Source: Candidatus Hydrothermarchaeota archaeon
GTDB lineage: Archaea; CAYFZR01
Assembly (NCBI GenBank): GCA_046760505.1
Contig: JBHIEG010000013.1
Location: 1 to 57,020 of the forward strand
Direction of reading: 5' to 3'
Length of the DNA stretch: 57,020 bases
Position numbers and translations under genes: made by a program. Below are positions 1 to 9,698 of this stretch, piece by piece (the stretch's first letter is position 1; the number at the start of each line of letters is the position of its first letter). The notes below the pieces were generated by a model. The model was not told the origin of the DNA, made no database searches, and was given only the letters and a program-made list of their open reading frames with translations.

Positions 1-1
1 C

Positions 2-136
2 GGATTGGCAAGTAATGACTATGAGCTTGTCAGCAACAATAAGTTAGCAGAACCCCTTTTTCTATATGCTGATTATATTTTAACTAAAATTTACCTGAAT
101 AAGGTTAAAGACTCAGGGGAAGAAAAATTAGTTTAA
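2..136 (+). CDS. Possible 3' end of a gene truncated by the window edge (GLASNDYELVSNNKLAEPLFLYADYILTKIYLNKVKDSGEEKLV*)
   Basis: Open frame of 44 codons from position 2 to TAA at 134-136, read manually; no recognisable motif. Confidence 0.35.
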   Translation, partial: GLASNDYELVSNNKLAEPLFLYADYILTKIYLNKVKDSGEEKLV

Positions 137-205
137 TTTAAGAATACTTATGAAACGAGCACGTTGCATTAAATATATGCAATACTTCAATCATACAGGG
201 ATACC

Positions 206-1402
206 ATGAAAGTCGAGGACGTTAGGAATGATATACCCATTCTAAGTAAGGTTATTTACTTGGATAACGCAGCAACAACCCCAACTCCCGAGCCCGTGAT
301 TCATTCAATGCTAGAATTCTTTAGAGAATATTCTGCAAACGTGGGTAGAGGAGCACATCATCTTACAGAAGAGGCAACGATGAAATACGAAGAGGCTAGG
401 GAAAAAATTGCGAGATTTATAAATGCAGAGAAGGGAGAAATAGTTTTCACCAAGAACACCACAGAGGCCATAAATTTGGTGGCAAACGGTCTAGAGTGGA
501 AAGAGAAAGATGAGGTTATTACTACCGTAATAGAGCATCACTCAAACCTCTTACCGTGGCAGAGGTTGAACAAGAAAAATAAAATTAAACTGAATGTAGT
601 AAACTCGAGAAAGGATGGCATGGTAGATGTAGGCGAAATAGAAAGGGAAATCAATGATAACACGAAATTAATAGCGATTACTCACATATCAAATGTGTTC
701 GGCTCAATTCAAGAAGTAAAAGAGATAGGCAAACTCTGCAAGAATGAGGGCATACTTTTTTTGATCGATGGGGCGCAATCTGTCGGTCATATTGATGTAG
801 ATGTCAAGGAGATAGGGTGTGATTTTTATGCAATCTCAGGACACAAAGGACTCTTAGGTCCCCAAGGAACTGGAGCCTTGTACTGCAGGAAATCAATACT
901 CGAGGAACTCGAGCCTTTAAACCTTGGTGGCGGAACGGTCCATTCAGTTTCATTATACGACTACAAGTTAATAGAAGTACCCCAAAGATTTGAGTCAGGA
1001 ACCCCAAACATACCAGGAATAATCGGATTGGGAAGAGCGATTGATTATGTATCAGAAATAGGTGTGAATAAAATAGAGAAGAGAGAGAAAAAACTCACAA
1101 AACAATTAACAGAAGAATTAGAAAGTACAGATAAAATAGAATTGTATTGTCCAGTCAAAGAAGAAAACAGAAGTGGAGTGATTTCTTTTAATGTGGGAAA
1201 TCTAAGCCCCCATGATGTTGCAATTATGCTCGATGAGGTTGAGAATATAATAGTTAGATCAGGACATCACTGTGCAATGCCCAGTATGGAGTTGCTTGGA
1301 GTAGACGGAACTGTTAGAGTCTCAGTTCACTACTACAACACCGAAGAAGAAATAAATGTTTTTTTGGATATAGTGAAGAAGATAGCAAAATCTTTCTCAT
1401 GA
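206..1402 (+). CDS. sufS: Cysteine desulfurase, SufS/CsdA-like (class V PLP aminotransferase)
   Basis: YLDNAATT, EHHSN, DGAQS, SGHKGLLGPQG (PLP lysine), GTPN, RSGHHCA catalytic Cys loop. Confidence 0.85.
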   Translation: MKVEDVRNDIPILSKVIYLDNAATTPTPEPVIHSMLEFFREYSANVGRGAHHLTEEATMKYEEAREKIARFINAEKGEIVFTKNTTEAINLVANGLEWKEKDEVITTVIEHHSNLLPWQRLNKKNKIKLNVVNSRKDGMVDVGEIEREINDNTKLIAITHISNVFGSIQEVKEIGKLCKNEGILFLIDGAQSVGHIDVDVKEIGCDFYAISGHKGLLGPQGTGALYCRKSILEELEPLNLGGGTVHSVSLYDYKLIEVPQRFESGTPNIPGIIGLGRAIDYVSEIGVNKIEKREKKLTKQLTEELESTDKIELYCPVKEENRSGVISFNVGNLSPHDVAIMLDEVENIIVRSGHHCAMPSMELLGVDGTVRVSVHYYNTEEEINVFLDIVKKIAKSFS

Positions 1403-1411
1403 GGAATCCCC

Positions 1412-2683
1412 ATGCACAAAATGCACGAAATATACAAACTGATGCCAAACAAAGATTGTGGTCTCTGCGGAAATCCAACGTGTCGAACTACTTCTAGGAA
1501 GATTGCAACTGGAGATTTAAATATAGATGTTTGTGTTAATTTAAATCTACCTGAATATAAAGAAAATAAAGAAAAAATATTGAAAATTCTTGAAGAGGGA
1601 GTAGAAATAGGCGCTAGCAGCACCGTTGTAATAGGAGAAGAAGGAATAGCCTACATTCATCCTTGTGTTACCGAGGGAAAGGTCATGGTGGATGGCAGGT
1701 TAACAAGCGGACCAGAAGGGCAAGTGGATCTAAAGTATGGTTTTCTAGATCCAATGATGCTCTGTTACGTACTCAGAATATATGAAATATTTAAGGATGT
1801 AAAATGCTCGCCTGAATTGGGCATAGCCCAGATAAAATACGATGGAAAAAGCATCCTGATTTTCCAGAACGGAAAAATAAAGATAAGGGAGGCTTTAGAC
1901 AAAGATGATGTTATGAAAACCCTGAGACTGGTTTCAAGGGTTATATGGGGCTCTATAATATGCTCGTGCTGCGGTAACGCAAGCGTGGACTGCGCATCTG
2001 GCGGATGTAGTGACTGTACCACTCAGATATGCCCTGTTTTAGCAGGAGGGCCCCCAGAACCTTTAGAAGAAGCAGAAAAAGAAAAAATAGAGGAGACCAC
2101 TGGATCTACCACCTTTGTTAGAATAGAAAAATTAGATACAGGAAGCATTTTTTTAGACGGAATCAAATTCTTGGATGAAATTTATGAAATAGCTATAAAA
2201 AACATGGATACATTGATAGAGAAATTTAATGGAAGAGAAGGAAACATAATGTATTCCGAGCAAATGATAAGGGATTTGTTTGATAAAGCTAACAAGAAGG
2301 CAATCGAGTTTATCGTGAAGACTCCTAGGAAACAAGATGCCACCATAGGTTTATTACTCTCCGGGATAGCATCTGACCTGACGAGAATAGCGGAAAGCAC
2401 CTTTAACCTATGGAAATATAAAGACATAAATTTACCCCCAGAATTTCTGAGTTTTTTAAAAATGGCAAGAGATATGACATATTATTCATACATATCTTTT
2501 AAGAGAGCGGATTTAAGTAAGGGAGAGGAGGTAAGAGGGGAGTATTCTAAAATTAGGAAAATTTATAGGATGCTGAAAAAATACGAGGGAAGGGATCTGG
2601 ATAGAATTAGGATAGAAATAGATAGAATTGCCACGAATGCGTTTTATATCGCAAGATTATTACCAAAACCATTGCCTGCATGA
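1412..2683 (+). CDS. Multi-domain (Fe-S)-binding protein with Cys-rich centre and helical C-terminal region
   Basis: N-terminal DCGLCGNPTC...C Fe-S motif; central CSCCGNASVDCASGGCSDCTTQICP; 9 bp after desulfurase. Confidence 0.7.
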   Translation: MHKMHEIYKLMPNKDCGLCGNPTCRTTSRKIATGDLNIDVCVNLNLPEYKENKEKILKILEEGVEIGASSTVVIGEEGIAYIHPCVTEGKVMVDGRLTSGPEGQVDLKYGFLDPMMLCYVLRIYEIFKDVKCSPELGIAQIKYDGKSILIFQNGKIKIREALDKDDVMKTLRLVSRVIWGSIICSCCGNASVDCASGGCSDCTTQICPVLAGGPPEPLEEAEKEKIEETTGSTTFVRIEKLDTGSIFLDGIKFLDEIYEIAIKNMDTLIEKFNGREGNIMYSEQMIRDLFDKANKKAIEFIVKTPRKQDATIGLLLSGIASDLTRIAESTFNLWKYKDINLPPEFLSFLKMARDMTYYSYISFKRADLSKGEEVRGEYSKIRKIYRMLKKYEGRDLDRIRIEIDRIATNAFYIARLLPKPLPA

Positions 2684-4386
2684 TGATTTCTTCAATCGTA
2701 AAAAAAGAACTAGTTGAACTGTCAAGCCAGAAAAGGTATCTGGTAATGTTCTTATTGCAATCCTTCGTTGCCTTATTTATCGTCGTAATCTCTAGTTCAA
2801 CTCATGGAGTGACCCAAGATTTTATGCCCCCAGGAATGATTGAGTTTGCTCCATTGGGAGTTGTGGGAGATAGTGAGCTTGTAAAAAGGCTTGAGCTAAT
2901 TAAGGAATTGGAAATAATAAGATTAGACTTTGAAAAAGCCCTCGATCTTTTTGAAAGAGACTACATACCCGCTTTCGTTGTTTTTCCAAAGGATTTTCAT
3001 GATGAATTGGAAAAGGGTCATACTTCTAAAATAATCCTCTTTTTAGACGGGGGGGACCCAAAGTCAGTGTTCATTAAAAGCGAAATAGAAAATTTGATCG
3101 ACGAGTATTCAAGAGAAATCACAGAAGAGAGGATTGGGGAAAGCAAAATTCAAAAGGATTATATCTTCAATCCTGTAGTATTAAAAAGGATAGAATTGGG
3201 AAGATTAGAGAAAGGAGGAGAAGAGAAGAATACTTTTGGGGAATACATTCTCCTTCTCGTTTTACTTCTACCATTGTTCACGTCTGCAAATCTCATTTCG
3301 GATAGCATAGTAGGAGAAAAGGAGAGAGGAACCTTGGAAATCTTGCTGAGTTCTCCTGCATCCAGATCTAAAATATTGTCCGGAAAAGTAATTTCTATAC
3401 TGATATTGATGTCCATACACATAGCAACATGGATACTTTTCCTTGAATTGCTTGGTGTAAAGATATACAACCACATAACTTTGTTCGTGTATTTGTTGCT
3501 CACCGGGACATGGCTTATAGGTATAGGAGTAGTTATATCTGCATATGCGAACAGTATAAAGGAAGCCAGTCTTGTTTTCTCCTTTGTATACATGTTCCTC
3601 TTTTTCCTGCTTTTTGTCCCCCTTCCATTAGAATCGGCTGGTATAATTAGCGGAGTGATGAAATTCTCTCCTCTTGCTTCTATATTAACGATAGCCGGAC
3701 AAAAAGAATTTTTATGGAAAAATTTGAGCGTAAGCGTGTTTGTTCTATTTTCTCTGATATTTTTAACTTTCATTGTTGGAAAGAAGATGATAGACAGTGA
3801 ATCTTTATTATTAGGTTTTAATACCCAAGAATTCGTTTTGGAAAATATCGTATCACTCGAGAGGAGTTTCGATAGTTTCGTTTCTGATAAAATATCAAGA
3901 GCTTTACTGGCGTGTTTTCTTGTATCAAGCCTGATAGTCATTCCCACCATACTGATAGAACTTTTTCCGGTTGTTTTACTGGTTGTTTTGTTCAAATGGC
4001 GCGGCATAGTCCTTGCTATCCTATCTTTAACTTTCATAGAGGAGTTCCTAAAACCGGTAGGCTTATATTCTCTCAGTTATAGGGAAAAATTAACAATTAA
4101 AAAAAGTTTTTTGCTGGGAGCAATCTCTGGATTCGGTTTCGCATCAATGGAGACCTTTTTATTGACCATTACATCTTATCTGAGGGGTTGGTCTGTATCT
4201 GATGTGTTCCTTTATCATCTCCAAGTTATGCCAATCCACGTAATTACAACGCTTATTCTTGGAGGGTTCATTGCTGTTTCTGGAAGATTTCCTGAAAATT
4301 TTTACTCAAGAAAATTCTGGATAGGTTTAATACTCGCTACGGTAATGCATTCATTTTACAATGCTAAGGTGGTGGGATTGATTTGA
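2680..4386 (+). CDS. ABC-2/NatB-type permease fused to a C-terminal PrsW-like intramembrane glutamic protease domain
   Basis: DSIVGEKERGTLEILLSSP permease motif; C-terminal IEEFLKP, GFGFASME, HVITT, MHSFYN. Confidence 0.75.
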   Translation: MMISSIVKKELVELSSQKRYLVMFLLQSFVALFIVVISSSTHGVTQDFMPPGMIEFAPLGVVGDSELVKRLELIKELEIIRLDFEKALDLFERDYIPAFVVFPKDFHDELEKGHTSKIILFLDGGDPKSVFIKSEIENLIDEYSREITEERIGESKIQKDYIFNPVVLKRIELGRLEKGGEEKNTFGEYILLLVLLLPLFTSANLISDSIVGEKERGTLEILLSSPASRSKILSGKVISILILMSIHIATWILFLELLGVKIYNHITLFVYLLLTGTWLIGIGVVISAYANSIKEASLVFSFVYMFLFFLLFVPLPLESAGIISGVMKFSPLASILTIAGQKEFLWKNLSVSVFVLFSLIFLTFIVGKKMIDSESLLLGFNTQEFVLENIVSLERSFDSFVSDKISRALLACFLVSSLIVIPTILIELFPVVLLVVLFKWRGIVLAILSLTFIEEFLKPVGLYSLSYREKLTIKKSFLLGAISGFGFASMETFLLTITSYLRGWSVSDVFLYHLQVMPIHVITTLILGGFIAVSGRFPENFYSRKFWIGLILATVMHSFYNAKVVGLI

Positions 4387-5537
4387 AAATACTGATTATC
4401 GCAAAGAAAGAGATAAGAGAAATAATGGATGACCGAAGATATTTAATTGCATTTCTCTTACAATGCTTGGTTGCAGTAGCGGTTACATCAATGGCTCAAG
4501 TATATAGTTTTGTCGCCACACCTATAGTGGAAGAAACACCTTCGCTTCCAAGGGAATTTATCCCGATAGGGTTAGTAGAGGAATACAAGTTAAATACTTT
4601 AGAAGAACAATTGAGAAAATTGAAGGAAATCGAAATTTACTTATTCTCAAACAGAGAGGATGCGTTAAATTCTTTAAAATCAAAGAAGGTAAGTTCAGTC
4701 ATTGTTGTTCCAGCCAGCTATGAGGACGATCTTAAAAGGGGAAAGACTGGTGAAATTATAGTCTATACCGATGGTACGAATTTCAGGTCAACAATCGCCT
4801 ACAACATCATTCAACGTGTGTATCAAAACATTCTGAGGGAAGAGCAGGAAAAGAGAGCAGAATTATCTAATATGGATTTAGAATTTTTATTTTCACCAAT
4901 AGAGATAGAAATGGTAACTAAATTATCTCAAAAGAAAAATTTAGAGTCTAAGGCATATATAGTCATGTTGGCTGGCTTCTTGATACCATTCGTTCTCTTT
5001 TTCCCTTTGTTCATTTCTGCAAGTCTGATTTCAGATACCATTGCTGGCGAAAAAGAGAGAGGAACGTTTGAATTATTGTTGTCAGCTCCCTTGAAACCCA
5101 GAGACATATTGATTGGAAAGACGATAAGCATTCTCTCACTTATGCTCTTTCAAAGCTTGATCTGGCTATTTTTGTTGGAAATACAGGGAGTGTCTATTCA
5201 TCATAAGATACTTGTTTTGATTGTAATAATGCTCACGGGGCTCTCACTGGTTGGTATAGGTGTAATCATATCTGGAATATCAAAAACAAATAAAGAAGCA
5301 AATCTTTTGCTTTCATTTGTATTCATGGTATTATTTTTCGTATTTTTCTTCCCAATACCCCTAGAATCTACATGGTCTAAGTACGCATTGAGCATGAGCC
5401 CTGTCGCGACGATCGTAAAGATTGGAACCAGCGAAAAAATATTTTATTCCGAAATCTTTCCCAATATATTCTTACTCTCTTTAATTTCTTTCTTGGTGAT
5501 ATATCTTGGAAACAGGGTTTTTTCCAAGATATATTAA
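4383..5537 (+). CDS. ABC-2/NatB-type permease
   Basis: IAKKEIRE N-terminus, DTIAGEKERGTFELLLSAP, multiple TM segments; TTG start overlapping upstream stop. Confidence 0.8.
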   Translation: MKILIIAKKEIREIMDDRRYLIAFLLQCLVAVAVTSMAQVYSFVATPIVEETPSLPREFIPIGLVEEYKLNTLEEQLRKLKEIEIYLFSNREDALNSLKSKKVSSVIVVPASYEDDLKRGKTGEIIVYTDGTNFRSTIAYNIIQRVYQNILREEQEKRAELSNMDLEFLFSPIEIEMVTKLSQKKNLESKAYIVMLAGFLIPFVLFFPLFISASLISDTIAGEKERGTFELLLSAPLKPRDILIGKTISILSLMLFQSLIWLFLLEIQGVSIHHKILVLIVIMLTGLSLVGIGVIISGISKTNKEANLLLSFVFMVLFFVFFFPIPLESTWSKYALSMSPVATIVKIGTSEKIFYSEIFPNIFLLSLISFLVIYLGNRVFSKIY

Positions 5538-5547
5538 TTTTTTATAC

Positions 5548-5883
5548 TCATATCTGAACATCGCCTGAATTTATCGCGATTGCAAGGACATTTTCAAGTT
5601 CAAGTTGTGCAAACTCTTCTATATCTAAATCAGGAATTATTCTTCCGTGCAAATCTTCGAAAAGTTTTAAAACGATTTCGCCATCGTAGTTTATTCCAAG
5701 TATCCAAGTTCTTGAATCAGGTCCCTTTCTCATAGGGCTAGACTTATGGGTTAGTACTTTAGTGAGGGTAGCATTTAAGGCGGAGTAATTTTCTACGATA
5801 ACCATATTATTTGGGTCATCGAAAAATACTTTGCATTCCACGTTGTCTATCATCATCTTTCCTATCTCTCTCATCAAAATCAC
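5548..5883 (-). CDS. Hypothetical protein (true start probably downstream of 5883)
   Basis: 111-aa ORF filling the gap between permease and JAMM gene; no motif. Confidence 0.5.
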   Translation of the reverse strand: MILMREIGKMMIDNVECKVFFDDPNNMVIVENYSALNATLTKVLTHKSSPMRKGPDSRTWILGINYDGEIVLKLFEDLHGRIIPDLDIEEFAQLELENVLAIAINSGDVQI

Positions 5884-5897
5884 CTTGGGGGTATCAG

Positions 5898-6374
5898 ATG
5901 ATTGCCTTTACATTAGATAATCTAAAACTGTTGTGCGAAGTTATAGATAAGAGTTATCCCATAGAGGCATGCGGAGTTATCATCGGGATCAAGAATGATG
6001 CTTGGATCGCGAAGGAAATAGTCCCCACACGCAATGAACTAAAATCCAGTATAAGATTTAAAATACCTGCTGAAGACTTTTATAACGCGGATAAAAAAGC
6101 TGAGAAGCTAGGATTCGAAATAATAGGAATTTTTCATTCCCATATTGATCAAAAGCCATATCTATCAAAGTATGATGTTGAATACGCCAAATGGACACCG
6201 GAACAAGTTTGGGTAGTGATAGGCTACTATAAAAAAGAGAAGAAAGCTGAGATGAAGGCTTTTCTCAAAGAAAAGGAAATAAAAATAAAAATAGGAGAAA
6301 AGATCTTTAATGAAGTCGTTTTTGAGTGCTCTAAATGGAATCTTGATGCTCATCGAGCGAAGATTTTGCCGTAG
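5898..6374 (+). CDS. JAMM/MPN+ (M67) metalloprotease, desampylase-like
   Basis: YPIEACG and HSHIDQKPYLSKYD (E...HSH-x7-S-x2-D); start moved to ATG 5898 after GGGGGT. Confidence 0.85.
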   Translation: MIAFTLDNLKLLCEVIDKSYPIEACGVIIGIKNDAWIAKEIVPTRNELKSSIRFKIPAEDFYNADKKAEKLGFEIIGIFHSHIDQKPYLSKYDVEYAKWTPEQVWVVIGYYKKEKKAEMKAFLKEKEIKIKIGEKIFNEVVFECSKWNLDAHRAKILP

Positions 6375-7354
6375 ATATCTTCGGCGACAAAATCGTAGGG
6401 ATATCCGTATGTAGCTTTCTCTTGCTCAGTAAGGGGCCTTATCTTTGCCCAAGGAGATCCGATTTTTCCACTCCATATGGTAAGGGCTCTTGCGCTTATC
6501 TCGGTTCCATCTCTATCTGATCCTGCAATTACGATTACATCTGTTCCTGTCCCGAATGGATTATTTACTCTGTTTATTATTCCTCTTCCCCAGCCAGGAT
6601 TCATGTTAGAAACCTGTATGTCCATTTTGCTCAGAATTTCCTTTGTTATCTTGTTTGCTACTGGTCCCCCAACCAAGATTAGGTTGTAGTTTTCCTTGTC
6701 TTCTTGGGTAACCTCTTCATCGGTTATGATAGATACGCTTGTTTTAGCCATTCCCTCTATGTAATTCTTGAGTAACCTTGCACTCTCTAAATCCTTGGAT
6801 GGCGCTGACTTCCCGTAAACTATCTTTGTTTTACCGTAATCGAAGAATCTTATGGAAGGTACGACTTTTATCTTTACGGTTTTGGATTCGGTAAAGACTT
6901 TTTCGTAAGTACCTTCAGGCTCCTGTGCTGAGGCCTCCACCGTTATGGTGTAGGTCCCTCCCCTCTTTGGAATCAATGTCCAGGATACGTGCTTAGTCTC
7001 TTGAGCCTGCAATTCTCCTGGAATCGTTTGTGTCTTAGGCTCGATCGTTTTAATCCAGACAGGTACTTTTATTTTTCCCCTCATATTTGTTAAGTATGGA
7101 GCGAGTTTTGGGGTGTTGTAGAATATAACATCTATCTTGTTGTATCCTCTGGCCTGTTCTATTACGGCAGGATATTCCTCTTCAATAAGTTCTATTATAT
7201 CAGGACTCTTTACATTAATGCTGAATTCTGGTTTTGCTCCTCCTCCGTACTTATGACAACTGTAACAGGTCTGAGTGCCCTTTACGAACTCAGGTTTCGA
7301 AAGTGCTGGTGCCATCAAAAGCAATACCGCAAAAAGTATTGCGAAGCGTTTCAT
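6350..7354 (-). CDS. Secreted monoheme c-type cytochrome with Ig-like middle and S-layer-type C-terminal domain
   Basis: Signal peptide MKRFAILFAVLLLMAPALS; CYSCH; KIVYGKSAPSKDLESA, NLILVGGPVANKIT, VIVIAGSDRDGT typical of Methanococcales/Thermococcales-type S-layer domains; start at 7354 after GAAGGTGG. Confidence 0.7.
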   Translation of the reverse strand: MKRFAILFAVLLLMAPALSKPEFVKGTQTCYSCHKYGGGAKPEFSINVKSPDIIELIEEEYPAVIEQARGYNKIDVIFYNTPKLAPYLTNMRGKIKVPVWIKTIEPKTQTIPGELQAQETKHVSWTLIPKRGGTYTITVEASAQEPEGTYEKVFTESKTVKIKVVPSIRFFDYGKTKIVYGKSAPSKDLESARLLKNYIEGMAKTSVSIITDEEVTQEDKENYNLILVGGPVANKITKEILSKMDIQVSNMNPGWGRGIINRVNNPFGTGTDVIVIAGSDRDGTEISARALTIWSGKIGSPWAKIRPLTEQEKATYGYPYDFVAEDIYGKIFAR

Positions 7355-7467
7355 TAAACCACCTTCTGTGAGGTTAAAATGCATCATATTTAACTTTATC
7401 TATGCTCCATGAAAATGAGAAACAAATAAATTTTATCTTATGAAATGAGTAAATTAAATGATGGATC

Positions 7468-8022
7468 ATGGAAGCCTTGGATATTAAAGAGATAAAAAGG
7501 ATGAGACTAAGCGTTGGCATGACTCAAGCAGAATTAGCAAGGCTTGCTGGTGTAAGTCAGTCTTTAATTGCCAGAATAGAAGCAGGAAACGTAGATCCAA
7601 GGGTTTCAACTCTCAATAAAATTTTGAAGGTCCTTAGAGAAGCAAAGGCTCCAAAAATCGTTGCAAAAGACATAATGGCAAGTCCTGTAATATATGTAAC
7701 TCCCAACGATACGGTAGAGAAAGCAGCGAGATTGATGGAAGAAAACGATATATCTCAACTTCCTGTTATAGAGAACGATGTGCCCGTAGGAAGCATATCT
7801 GAGAGTTGCGTCGTAAGAGAAATGGCTAACCTAGGTGATTCAAGTTTTCCAAAGAAAAATGTGAGGGAAATAATGGAAGAGCAATTTCCTATAGTTGGAG
7901 CGTCAACGAGTATTGATACACTGCTGAATTTAACCAGAAAATATCCTGCGGTTCTGATCTCAGAGAAAGGAAAGATATCTGGAATCGTAACCAAGATGGA
8001 TATTGTTAGACTGATAAGATAG
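7468..8022 (+). CDS. XRE-family HTH transcriptional regulator with tandem CBS domains
   Basis: GMTQAELARLAGVSQSLIARIEAGNVDPRVSTL; AKDIM, ISQLPVI, GIVTKMDI. Confidence 0.9.
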   Translation: MEALDIKEIKRMRLSVGMTQAELARLAGVSQSLIARIEAGNVDPRVSTLNKILKVLREAKAPKIVAKDIMASPVIYVTPNDTVEKAARLMEENDISQLPVIENDVPVGSISESCVVREMANLGDSSFPKKNVREIMEEQFPIVGASTSIDTLLNLTRKYPAVLISEKGKISGIVTKMDIVRLIR

Positions 8023-8072
8023 AGTGATAAAACAATGTGATAAAATAATGAAAACATAGTTCTGGCGATATA

Positions 8073-9095
8073 ATGAATACAAGGATTCGAGACTTTATCT
8101 ATACGAAAGAAGACATGTTTTTCGCTGTTAATTCTTATTTTAGTCCAGATGATAGAATATTTTCATCTCTCAGGTACATACCGTGTGAAAGAGGGGGTAG
8201 AATTAGAGAAAATAGAAGGTATTGCAAGGTAGGGGACACTGAGATGTCTTATGAATACCTAAGAAAGAATTTCAGAGATTATATTTATGATTGCAGGGTG
8301 ACAAACATAGAACAACAGGCGGTACCAAAAAAATCAATAGTTGGAATTTTTAAACCTGAGGAGAGATTGAAGGAGATAGTAGAGGACCCAAAAGATGAAT
8401 TGGAAAATAAATTAGCAATTCTTGCATCAGAATTTGAAAATCATGGTATTCCGTTTGATAAGATGGGAATATCAGGCTCTCTATTGGTTAAGTTACACGA
8501 CAAGGACTCAGATATAGATTTTGTAGTTTATGGACGGGATAACTTTGAAGAATCTAGGAAGATACTCAAAGATGCCTTAATGGAAGAAAATAAGATCAAA
8601 GATCTAACGGATAAACTCTGGATGGATGCATATAGAAAAAGAATCAAGGACGATACACTTTCTTTTCAGGAATTCTTATTTTATGAGAGGAGAAAGTACA
8701 ACAGAGGGATGATAAATGGTACTTATTTTGATATACTCTACACCAGAGACTGGAATGAGATCAAAGAAAAGTATGGGGATCTTTTATTTTATCCGAGAGA
8801 GAAAATATTGATAGAAGCTTCTGTACTAGATTCTAAACTTGCTTTTGATTATCCTGCTGTTTATGAAGTAGAGGGAGTGAAGGTATTAGAATCCGATGAA
8901 AAAAATCTTGAAAATGAACTAAATATCAAGCAAGTCGTGAGCTATACTCATACTTATGCAGGACAGGCCTTTAATGGAGAAAAAATATTGGTTAAAGGAA
9001 GATTAGAGCGAGTTTCAGGATTAAAAGAATTTCATAGGGTAGTTGTCGGAACAACTAGGGAAGCAATTGGTGAATACATAAAAGTAAAAGGTTAA
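8073..9095 (+). CDS. Archaeal nucleotidyltransferase (pol-beta superfamily, COG1665-like)
   Basis: GISGSLLVKLHDKDSDIDFVVYG; SYTHTYAGQA; VVVGTTREA. Confidence 0.8.
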   Translation: MNTRIRDFIYTKEDMFFAVNSYFSPDDRIFSSLRYIPCERGGRIRENRRYCKVGDTEMSYEYLRKNFRDYIYDCRVTNIEQQAVPKKSIVGIFKPEERLKEIVEDPKDELENKLAILASEFENHGIPFDKMGISGSLLVKLHDKDSDIDFVVYGRDNFEESRKILKDALMEENKIKDLTDKLWMDAYRKRIKDDTLSFQEFLFYERRKYNRGMINGTYFDILYTRDWNEIKEKYGDLLFYPREKILIEASVLDSKLAFDYPAVYEVEGVKVLESDEKNLENELNIKQVVSYTHTYAGQAFNGEKILVKGRLERVSGLKEFHRVVVGTTREAIGEYIKVKG

Positions 9096-9114
9096 GTACA
9101 TACCTCACTCTGAT

Positions 9115-9690
9115 ATGATTATGGAGCATTTTGAAGATGGCTCTAATAATGTAAATCTTTTTGAATCTCTTAAAAAAGTTGAGAGAGATCTTGGAAGAAA
9201 ATTAACTCCAGTAGAGAGGATAATACTGACTACAGACGGCTCAATAACAACTATTTTAGAATCTTTAAGCGGAGAAAAGGTAAATGTGAGGACCGTACTC
9301 CAGAGAGTAATTAAAAGCGATAAGGAAATATCAAATTCATTGAGTATAAGAGAAGGCAGCGATGTGAATGAAAGGATAGTTATTCTGGAGAGCAAGTATC
9401 CCCTTGTTTACGCAAAATCCTACACGCCTTTATCTATTTTGGAACCTTGGTTTATGGATAACATAATGAAAGAAGACATTCCCATAGGAAGAATAATAAG
9501 AAAACTGAAGATGGAGATCAGAAGAGATCTTGAAAGAATTTTCATGACGAATGCAAACAGAAACATATCAAAACTCCTGGAAACGCAAGAAAATGAGAGA
9601 TTAATTTCTCGATCATACTTGATATTCTACAAAAAAAAGAAACTTCTACACATAACAGAAGTTTTTTCACCCAAGATAAACTCTTTTTGA
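9115..9690 (+). CDS. Chorismate pyruvate-lyase (UbiC)/DUF98-like protein
   Basis: RIILTTDGSITTILE, LVYAKSYTP, DIPIGRII, ITEVF. Confidence 0.75.
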   Translation: MIMEHFEDGSNNVNLFESLKKVERDLGRKLTPVERIILTTDGSITTILESLSGEKVNVRTVLQRVIKSDKEISNSLSIREGSDVNERIVILESKYPLVYAKSYTPLSILEPWFMDNIMKEDIPIGRIIRKLKMEIRRDLERIFMTNANRNISKLLETQENERLISRSYLIFYKKKKLLHITEVFSPKINSF

Positions 9691-9698
9691 GGTCTAAA

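Noticed and set aside
3159-4037. 292-aa minus-strand ORF (and similar long antisense ORFs at 25354-25968 and 46292-46897)
   Set aside because: Fully antisense to motif-supported genes; no motifs of their own
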